Origin: Rebecca billardiae RCC1528
Taxonomy: Eukaryota > Protista > Haptophyta
Reading direction: 5' to 3'
DNA: 64,000 nucleotides
Assembly: GCA_965240325.2 (NCBI GenBank)
Contig: OZ251242.1
Span: 62,001 to 126,000, forward strand
The translations under genes were made by a program, and so were the position numbers. Of this stretch, positions 55,139-64,000 are shown one piece after another; the first letter of the stretch is position 1, and every line of letters begins with the position of its first letter. A model generated the notes under the pieces. That model saw only the letters and a program-made list of their open reading frames with translations. It did not search any database and had not been told where the DNA came from.

Positions 55139-56189
55139 CTGAGTCTGAGGCGGGACGGTCTGCGTCTGAGTCGATCTGACCACCGTGCCACCGCCGCCGA
55201 GTGATATGGCCGACGGCACTCAACAGCGCGCAAGATCGATCGACGCTCTTATCGTCGTGTAGCAGCGTATAGACATCTGGACTGTGGGCGTAGTCCGGGT
55301 CGCGCCGTCAGTGCCGCACGATCCCGCGCGCCCCGCGGGCGCCACGGGCGCCGGTCGCGCCGGAGGCGGCAGACCGCAGGCGCAGACGGCCGACTGACTC
55401 GGCAGAGCCCGGCGGTCCCAGGCCCAGCTGCCGGCAGCAGACTACGGTCTCAGCTCACTACGGACCGACGCGGCTATTATTAGGGTACCGCACTGACACT
55501 CCCGTCCGACGGTCGCGGGCACTCCGAGCCGCGGCCGGGCATCCGACCGAGTCGGACCGTGCGGTGCGCCGTGGTAACACTACTAGTGGTAGTACTTACA
55601 CTCTCTACCTTCGGTGCCATCAGGCCCTTCCGTCGACTCTAGTCGTGCGTCCATATGCGCAGCATAGTCTGTCAAGCGCGCGACGACTTCGAGTTCGGAC
55701 TTGTCCGACTGCTCACAGTCACTGCCGCCGGCCCGCGAGCGGCCCGTGCCGCGGCGCCGGACCGCCAAACGGCCAAACGAGCCACCGCGCGAGAGTCACC
55801 CTCCAGCGCCGGCCACGCGACGCGTCGCGGGGCGGTGCTCTGTTTCGTCACCGGGCCCGATCTCTGAGGTTAGCCCCGGCCGCTCTGCGAGCGTGGTTCA
55901 CCACGCGCAGAGCCGAGAGCGAGCCGGGTTGTGTTGTATCGGCCAGGGCCCGGCACAGCCTCCGACGGGCCGACGAGCGCGCGGGTTCACTAGTACTTAT
56001 CCGCTTTAGATCTGCTTTCGCCGACGGCCGCCGTCCGTGGGCAGACGCTTCCCGAGCAACCGCCGCCGTCGGCCCGTTTGATGCATCAAGATTCGACGAG
56101 ACTCCGCGAGCGGCCGCCTTCGCGCGAATCCTTCCCGCCCAGCCCGCCGCTCTCGCCGCCGACGGCGCCGCGCTTGGTGACGAGGCCGC

Positions 56190-57843
56190 ATGAAGTTTGG
56201 CGAGCAGCTGCAGGAGCACATCCACTCGACGAGCGCGTACAGCTCGCAGGTGTATATCGACTACAACACGCTGAAGCGCTCCATCCACGCGCGCTGCACG
56301 CAGCATCGTGCGCACTGTCTCGCTGAGACCGCGCGCTTCAAGCGCGCGCTGCGCAAGGGCATGGCCACCGTGAACGCCTTCTTCGTGCGGATGGAGGCGG
56401 GGCTGCTTGAGCGGTGTGCCGAGAGCCCGCACTCGGCGCAGAGTGCCGCGAGCGTGGCCGAGCTGCAGCAGGTGCGCCCGCGCGCCGTGTGCGCGCATTG
56501 CCCATGCCAGCGCGGGGCGGCGACGGCCCGCGCGCGGCGCGCTGACGCGCTGACGCGCTGACGCGCGCACGCCGGCCCCGCGGCTGACACGCGGCGGCAG
56601 TACGCCGTGCTCAACTACGTGGCGGTGCTCAAGATCCTCAAGAAGCACGACAAGCACTGCGCCACGCGGCTCTACCCCGTGGTCGAGGGCATCTTGCGCG
56701 CGCAGCCGTTTGCGCGCGCTCTCCTCAGCTCCCCTCTCTTCTACGCGCCCTCCGCACCCGGACTCCCCGCGCCCGGACACTCGGCCGCAGCCGGGGGCGG
56801 CGGCACGGCGGCGGCGCCGCCGACGGGGCAGGCGCCGAGTGCGGCGGCGGCGGGCGCGCCGGCCGAGCAGCAGGCGCGCGCGGAGGAGGCGCCGTGCGCA
56901 ATCTGCCTCGAGTCCTGCTGCAACCCCCGGACTCTCGGCTGCTGCTCGGCGCCGTTCTGCATGCTGTGCCTCGCGAACGCGGCCGCTGCGGGGCTGCGGG
57001 GCTGCCCGCTGTGCAGGGCGCCCTGGCGCTCGCTGCACCCGGTGGACGTGGGGCTGAGGCAGGTGCGCACCGCGGCACGCGGGCGGCGGGCCCTGAGCGC
57101 GGGCGCGCGGCCGCGCGGGTGCGCGTGCACTCGCACGCGCGCGCTCGCTCACGCCGCCCCGCGCACGCGCCCACGCGGCAACACGCCGCCCACTCGCCGC
57201 CCCGTGGCCTCAGCTCAACATCTCGCTCCGGTACTCCCCGCGCGGCGCGGCGTCTGCGGTGGACGCGCCGCCCCGCCCGCCAGAGGCCGATGGCTGCGCG
57301 CGGGCGGTGCGCGCGCCGTGCGCCGAGCCGGCCGCGGAGGGCTGCGGCGCAGACGGCGGCTGCGTGCGCGGCGTCGCACAGCCGGCGGACGACGGTGCGC
57401 GCCCCGCAGGCGGCAGCGCGCTCCCACCGGCGCAGCAGCCGGCGCAGCAGCAGGCGCAGACACCCCGGCAGCAGCAGCAGCCCACGGCCGTCCTCAGCGC
57501 CTCTGGACAGTCGGCTCTCGGCGCGCTGCGGCTGCGGCGCGGCGCGGGGGAGCGGCGCGCGGGCGCGCTCAACCGGACGCGTGCGCTGTGCGGAGTACTC
57601 GTGGCGCTGGCTGCGCTCTGCTTCTGCCCTGCCGAGCACAGTGACAGCGGCGGCGTGGGCGCCGGGGCTGCTGTCTCCGGAGGCGCGCCGTACGTGCGCG
57701 CGGGCGCCGCCGCAGCGTGGGCGGAGCGCGCGGGCGCGGGGCCCCAGTCCGGTTGGCTCAGCGCAGACGAGGCGGCGGGTTTCTTCTCCGCGGCGGCGGC
57801 GGCGGGAAGCAGCGGCGTGCTCGCGCCGGACGAGAGCGACTGA
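56190..57843 (+). CDS. SPX-RING protein (NLA/BAH1-like E3 ligase architecture); exons 56190-56471, 56601-57062 and 57214-57843
   Basis: SPX motifs MKFG...YIDY..LKR.I and YAVLNYVAVLKILKKHDK. RING-like CAICLE...CC..PFC..C...CPLCR. A hydrophobic segment lies near the C-terminus. Confidence 0.85.
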
Positions 57844-58321
57844 CGATGGCAGCAGGCGTCAACTACGACTGCTGCGCGCGTGCTGATATGCGGGCTGGTG
57901 CTGCAATGTGATGAGTCATACTGATGACTCATATGGCCATGTATGCATGAGTCAGTGACTCGTGACTCGTGAGCTGGCGGCCGGGCGGCGCGGCGGTCCG
58001 TGCCGATTATGACGCGCGGTCTTATTAAAGTATAAGAAAATACTCATCAGACATCATACGACTTAAATCATAAATGCGCGCGCGTAGTACTATAGTAGTA
58101 TTCGTCGCGATATCAGCAGCATCATCGCCGCCGGCCGCCACCGTAGTGACCGTACTCAGACGGGCGATTGGCCGACGTCGCGGCTCGGATGGATGCGCGA
58201 CGATGTCGGTTTACATAGGTGCACGCATCGGCCCGCGCATCTGCTGCTGTCGTCCGAATGCGCGCGCACGCGAACTCCTCAACGGCCAGAGCGCCGCCCG
58301 CGCCGGGCACGAGGCTCCGCA

Positions 58322-59491
58322 CTACGTGGCGGCGGCGGGCGCGGCGGCGCCTGCCGCCGCGGCCGCGCGGCCGGCGCCGTGCCCCCACGGCGCGGCGTGC
58401 GGCAGCGTGCGCATGATCTCGACGGGCATCGCGTGCACGGGGTCGATCTGCTTGAGCCCCTCGTGCCCGAGCAGCGCGCACCCCGCGATCCCGAAGAAGG
58501 TGTGGAACACGTCCGCCATGTCGTCCGGCTTGTCGGCGATCCCGCCCGCCTCCTCGTCCTGGCAGCGGCAAATGAAGCGCTGCAGCGCACCGCCGTCGAT
58601 CCAGCGCAGCCGGTCGATCATCGAGAGGGCGGAGAGGACCCACCAGGAGTAGCACACGTCGGCGAGCTTCTCGGGCCGCCCGTTCAGCCCGCCGCTCGGC
58701 AGCTGCCGCTCCGCCAGCCACCACGCCAGCGTCTCGCCGTCGATGCGGTGCGCCGCGCGCGCGATGGTGAGCGCGCCCACGCAGCAGAAGATCTGGCCCG
58801 CGTGCGACTCGCCGCCGGGCGTGGCGCCGTAGCCGCCGTCAAAGTTCTGGCAGCGCGCGACGAAGTCGACCGCCTTGGGCACGTCGACCAGCTCCAGCCT
58901 GCCCAGCAGCGAGAGGCAGTTCAGCGCGCAGTACGAGAATCTCGAGTCGATCTCGCCCCACTCATCGCCTGCAAACGAACCGTCCGGCTGCTGCAGGCGG
59001 GCGACAAAGGCCGCGGCGGCGTCGGCGTCGATGCGCTCGAGCTGGCCGAGGAGCAGCATGATCTGCACGGCCGAGAGCGTGTACAGCATGTGCGCGTCGT
59101 GCCCCTCGTTCCCGCCGAACCCGCCCGACGCGTGCTGGCAGCGCGACACAAACTCGCCGATGGCCGCGCCGTCCATCTCGTCGATCGAGCCGAGCAGGTA
59201 CATGGCGCTGAGGCCCCAGTACACGCCGCTCATGCGCAGGTGCTCCGACACGACGAACTCGTACGACTCCTGCGGGGAGCGCCCGCGCGCACGCCGCGTC
59301 GGCGTCGGGTGCGCGCGCGCGCGCCGCGCGCGCGGAGAGCGCGTCCGCGCATCGTCGCGCGCGGACGCTGCGCGCGCGCGCACCGTGTCCTCGCTCACGC
59401 GCTTGACGTACGCCCTGTGCTTGGCGAAGAGGAGCGGCCGCTCGGCCTCCGACGCGCCCTCCGCCGCGGAGCCCGCGCCGCCCGACGACAT
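58322..59491 (-). CDS. RABGGTB: Rab geranylgeranyltransferase (GGTase II) beta subunit; exons 59491-59384 and 59269-58322
   Basis: [75 protein letters not shown] and [11 protein letters not shown]. Confidence 0.95.
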   Translation of the reverse strand: MSSGGAGSAAEGASEAERPLLFAKHRAYVKRVSEDTVRARAASARDDARTRSPRARRARAHPTPTRRARGRSPQESYEFVVSEHLRMSGVYWGLSAMYLLGSIDEMDGAAIGEFVSRCQHASGGFGGNEGHDAHMLYTLSAVQIMLLLGQLERIDADAAAAFVARLQQPDGSFAGDEWGEIDSRFSYCALNCLSLLGRLELVDVPKAVDFVARCQNFDGGYGATPGGESHAGQIFCCVGALTIARAAHRIDGETLAWWLAERQLPSGGLNGRPEKLADVCYSWWVLSALSMIDRLRWIDGGALQRFICRCQDEEAGGIADKPDDMADVFHTFFGIAGCALLGHEGLKQIDPVHAMPVEIMRTLPHAAPWGHGAGRAAAAAGAAAPAAAT

Positions 59492-59718
59492 CGGCCCCGT
59501 CCGCCACAGCAGCACGCACGCGCGCCTGCGCGGCCACTGTGATGGGTGGCGCGACCCCTTCCGGCGGCGTGGCGAGATCTCGGGAGATCGCGTGGGCCGC
59601 CATCGTGCGTTTGCAGGACCAGGGCGTGGCTTTCGGCCCAGGGCACGCACGTGGTGCGGCGGCGGCCGCGTATCCACTGCCTGCACCCACCTGCGCGCGT
59701 GAGACCACCGCCGCCACC

Positions 59719-60413
59719 ATGGCTGAGGAGCGCACGTTCATCATGATCAAGCCGGACGGCGTCCAGCGCGGGCTGGTGCGCCGCGCCGCACCGCGCGCTC
59801 GCGCCGCGTCGCGCGCCGCTCGGTCCGCCGCCGAGCCGCCGACGACGCGCGCGGCGCGGCCGCGCGCGCGCGCGCGCATGCCTGCGCGGCGCGCGGCGTC
59901 CGCGCGCCCGCATGCACGCTCACGGCGCGTCTCGGCGCGCGCGTGCGCCCCCCCGCGCGCGGGCCCGTCCCCGCGCAGGTGGGCAAGATCATCCAGCGCT
60001 TCGAGGAGCGCGGCTTCAAGCTCGTCGCGCTCAAGTTCATGCAGCCGACCAAGCAGCTGCTGGAGAAGCACTACGCTGACCTCGCGGGCAAGCCCTTCTT
60101 CCCGGCGCTGATCGCGTACATGATGAGCGGGCCGGTGGTGCCGATGGTGTGGGAGGGCCTCAACGCCGTCGCGATGGGCCGCAAGATGCTCGGCGCCACC
60201 AAGCCCGCCGACTCGGAGCCGGGTACGATCCGCGGCGACTTTTGCCTCGACGTGGGGCGCAACCTCTGCCACGGCTCCGACGCGCTCGAGTCGGCGGCGG
60301 CGGAGATCAAGCTGTGGTTCGACGGGAAGGAGCTGGTGGCGTGGGCCGACCACTCCGCGCCGCAGATCTACGAGAAGCCGCCCGGCGCGCCCGCGGGCGG
60401 CAAGGGCGGCAAG

Positions 60414-60446
<33 letters not shown>

Positions 60447-61924
60447 AAGAGCGGCGGCAAGGGCGGCGGCGGCGGCGGCGGCGGCGGCAAGAAGGAGGAG
60501 GCGGACCCGGCGAAGGAGCGCGCGAAGCTGCTGGCGAAGGTGATCAAGGAGGGCGGCAAGAAGGGCGTCGAGCTCGAGGGCGCCTCCGACATGGGCGGCC
60601 TTGACTTCTTCTGTACGAGTGTCGACATGCCGGACGGAGACATGGACTTCCTCAAGCAGGTGCGTGGGGAGTGCGTGGGTAAATGCGGGTACTCGGCGGG
60701 CTGGGGCGGGGGCGGGGGGGTTGGGCGTGAGGGGCGGGGATGTGGTGGGAGGAGGGCGGCGGCGGCACGGGGGCGCGGCGGCACCGCACCGGGCGCGCGC
60801 GGGGGCGCGGGAGCAGCGGGGGCCAGGCTGGCACGCGCGCACGCGCACGCTCCCCCTCAGCCGGGCGGCGGCGGCGCGGCGTAAGCGCTGGCCGAGTGCG
60901 GAGCCTGCGGCCCCGCGGGGCCGCGGCCGGGGCGTGCGGCCGCTGATGACCCCATGCGTGACACCTGAGCCGAGCGGCGCCGCCTCGGCGGCGCCGGCTG
61001 CGGAGGCAACGCTGGCGGTTATGGATCTGAGGCACAGCGCGTGCCGGGGCCGCAGCGCCCGCCCGGCGCGGCGCGGCGCGGCGCGGCTGGGCGGCGGGCC
61101 GGGCGCGGGGCGGTGCGCCGTGCGCGAGCCAACCGCGGGCGGGGAGGCGGGTGGCGAGGGGGAGCCGCGGGCCGCGCGGCGCCTCGCGCACGCACGCACG
61201 CGGCGGGCGGTGGCGGCGCGCCTCGGCCACGTGCCTGCCGCGCGCCGCCGAGGGGGGAGCCGCCTCCGGCCCCCGGCCTGCCTGCCGCCCGCCCACAGCA
61301 GAACAGCGGTGCCCACCTGCCTGGGCCGCGCGCCCGGCCAGGGGCGCGGCCCCAACTGAGGGCGCCAACACGCACACGCGCGCGCACGCGCACACGCACG
61401 CGCCGGGGCCCGCCCGCACGCACGCGCGCGCGCGCCGCGCGAGCCTCACCGCGCTCTCCCGCGCCCCCTCCGCCCGGGCCCCCTCTCCGCCCGCGCCTGC
61501 CCGCGCTTTGCGCCGCGCCGCGCAGTCTGTGGGCGCGATGAACGCGGAGCCTGACCCGACGGCGGAGGAGCGCAAGGGCGGCGCGGGGCACATCGGCAAG
61601 ATGGTGTTCTCCGCGGGCACCAAGTCGCTCATCATGATGGCCACCGTCCCCGCGGACAAGCAGGGCAAGGTCTCCGCCAAGGAGTGGATGGCCCACGTCG
61701 TCAAGTCGGTCGGCGGCAAGCCAGTCGGCGACCAGAGCGCCGCGGTCGCTACCGGCGAGGCGCCCGCCGACCCTGACAAGGGCATGTTCCCGATTAAGAT
61801 GAAGGACACGGCCCTCGCCGCGGGGATCGCGTACCTCAAGGAGAAGGGCTGCTTCCCCGAAGGCGGCTCCGACGACGACGACAGCGACGTGGCGTACGGC
61901 GACGACGCCTTCGACGACTTGTAA
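59719..61924 (+). CDS. NDK: Nucleoside diphosphate kinase fused via a poly-Gly/Lys linker to an extra C-terminal domain; exons 59719-59775, 59979-60659 and 61526-61924
   Basis: [16 protein letters not shown]|[19 protein letters not shown] and PGTIRGDF...GRN.CHGSD (catalytic His). Perfect GCCGCCACCATGG start context. No stop codon before the second domain. Confidence 0.9.
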
Positions 61925-62570
61925 GTACATACCCCCATATGGAATCCCCTGCTCATTTGGAAGCAGCCGTTGCGCCGCGCGCTCGCTCGGCAGAGCCGGG
62001 GGTGCGCTCGCGCGCGCGCGCGCCAGTCACGGCGGCGGCGCGCCTCGTGGGACGGGCGGCGTGTCCTGCGGGCAGCAGGGGGCGCGGGCCAGCGCGTGAG
62101 GCGGCTGCCTCGCACAGGCGTCGCAGTGGCGCGCCGCACGTGGCCTCGGTCGACGCTGCCATCACGTGCCACACACGCGGCCCGTAAGGCGCTGCCGCGC
62201 GGCCGCAGGGTGCCGGCGTCCGGGCGGCTGCCGGCGCGCGATTCCGAGCCGCTGGTCGTGCGCTGCTGAGGCACGTGCTGTCAGTACAGCCCCTCGCGCG
62301 CGTGGTCGGCATTGACGACCGCCTCACCACTACGTGTTTATATAGACTGCTAGCACGCCACCGTCGTGCGACGCCCCTGGCCCCATTTAGGTTCATCAGG
62401 TTGGCCGCCATCGCATAATTCGCTTTCGGCTTTGGGTTCCACTGGACGACTTTCGGTGCACCAAATCTGACGAGATCGGGCTGCGGCCGCGCGGCTTGCG
62501 AGCGCGTCCGCGTCGCCCAGGCGCCGTCGCCGGCCGAAATTTCGCAATCGGCTGCTGGACGGCGGTAGTG

Positions 62571-63627
62571 ATGGCCGCAGTGTCGCCGCCCGAGGCGGCC
62601 TCGACGCTCTTCGCGTGGCACGGCGTGCTCGGCGCGAACCGGCCGATCTCGGAGGTGGCCCTCCGCGTCACCCAGGCCGGCCTCCTCGGGATGGCCGCGC
62701 TCGGCGTCCTCGACGTCGCGCTCGCGCGCTTCACGCGCGCGCGCTGGTTCTTCCTGCACGTGTGGGCAAACGTGTGGATCAGCCTGCTCTGCCTGCCCGA
62801 CGTGTACTTCGTGCTCACCGACCCGCTGCGCGCGCTCGCCTCGCGCGAGACCGTGCACTGGCCCATGGCCATCGTCTTCTCCGTGCACGTGTACCACGTG
62901 CTCTTCTTCAAATCGCTTCACTGGATCGACTGGCTGCACCACGTGCTGATGGTGGCGGTGGGCGCGCCGCTGCTGATCACGGGCGAGGTGGGCCCGCTGA
63001 TGAACTTCAACAACTTCTTCATGTGCGGCCTCCCCGGCGGGATCGACTACGTCATGCTCTTCGCCGTCAAGTCCGGCTGGATGCGGCCGCTCGCCGAGAA
63101 GCGCTTCAACGCGATCATCAACGTGTGGCTGCGCGCGCCCTTCCTCGTGTGCACCGGCACGCTGGTCTTCTTGCAAGGGTTCGTGCAGGAGCTCGACGAC
63201 GTGCCCAAGTACGTCAAGTACACGCGCATGTTCCTCATGTTCCTCGCCTGCTGGTGCGCGCCGCCCACGCGCGGCGCGCCGGCCGGCGCGCGCGCGCGCG
63301 CGCGCCGACGCGCGCGCTCACGCGCGCGCGCGCCCTCTGCGCGCCGGCAGGAACGCGCTCTTCTTCATGGAGCGCGTGGTGGGCAACTACCACGTGAACG
63401 AGTACAAGGAGAAGCAGCGACGAAAGGCCGCGGCCGCCGCGCAGCGCCTCTCGCCCACCTCCGCCGCCGCCTCTGTGCCCCCGCTCCTGCGGAGGGACAC
63501 AGAGGCCTCCTCGCAAGACCCGTACGAGACGCGCGAGCACGTCGGCGTCTCGCTCTTCATGTCCAAGGTGCTCTCGCACAAGGACCTGGCCGAGCTGGCG
63601 CACGTGCAGGAGAAGAAGGACGACTGA
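62571..63627 (+). CDS. TLC (TRAM/LAG1/CLN8)-like multi-pass membrane protein; exons 62571-63253 and 63351-63627
   Basis: RWFFLH...N, H.YH, DWLHH.LM, FFMCGLPGGIDY..L..VK, EK..N..IN.W.R.P and W|NALFFMERVV after splicing. Confidence 0.7.
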
Positions 63628-64000
63628 GGCCGCGCGGCGGGCGCCTCCGAACGGACCGGACCGGCACGGCGCCTGATGTGCCACTTCAATTCGTAGGGAG
63701 GTGGCGGGCCAAGTCTTGATCTGTCGGTAAGCGCGACCGGCCGATGGCGATGGTATGTATTGGTGCTGGCAGAGTGCCGGTCGCCGCGGCCCGGGCGCGG
63801 ACGGCTCGCAGCCCCGCTCACGCTGCGCACTGCTGAGTGCTGACTCGACCGCCCAGCGGCGCCCACTCGCCCGAGGTGCTATACTCCTAGCAATATATTT
63901 ATTTAATTATAATATATATATATATATCAGCAGGTCGTTAACGGTCTAACTGATGAATAATATTAATAATATATATAACGAACGGGCGCAGCCTGGTCAC

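Overview
Very GC-rich eukaryotic nuclear DNA with compact genes, short GT-AG introns (donors mostly GTGCG, acceptors mostly GCAG) and short AT-richer spacers. This style suggests an alga such as a haptophyte, but the taxon is inference only. Most long six-frame ORFs are GC artefacts. About 15 real host genes can be assembled: a 5'-truncated REJ/GPS polycystin-1-like gene, a GT8 glycosyltransferase, an F-box-like/RCC1 protein, an ABHD1/3-like hydrolase, a two-RRM protein, an ARMT1/DUF89 phosphatase, a carrier-like protein, a small Zn-finger protein, a FkbM-like methyltransferase, a GAR-like protein, a CULT/PA protein, an SPX-RING ligase, Rab GGTase beta, an NDK fusion and a TLC protein. A ~14 kb transposon island (24.25-38.4 kb) holds a putative Helentron-type element, a CAC...GTG TIR element and an intact, recent Ty1/copia nested inside the TIR element. 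A pogo-like DDE remnant lies at ~9.9-11.3 kb. The standout is one spliced gene (43224-52166, minus strand, ~2720 aa) that fuses cytochrome b5, a front-end fatty acid desaturase, DUF1365, an FAD oxidoreductase, a CFA-type methyltransferase and a second (CNMT-like) methyltransferase. These families match the bacterial methylated-furan-fatty-acid (Ufa) pathway, here joined in one polypeptide. All domain calls come from motif recognition by eye; no database search was run.
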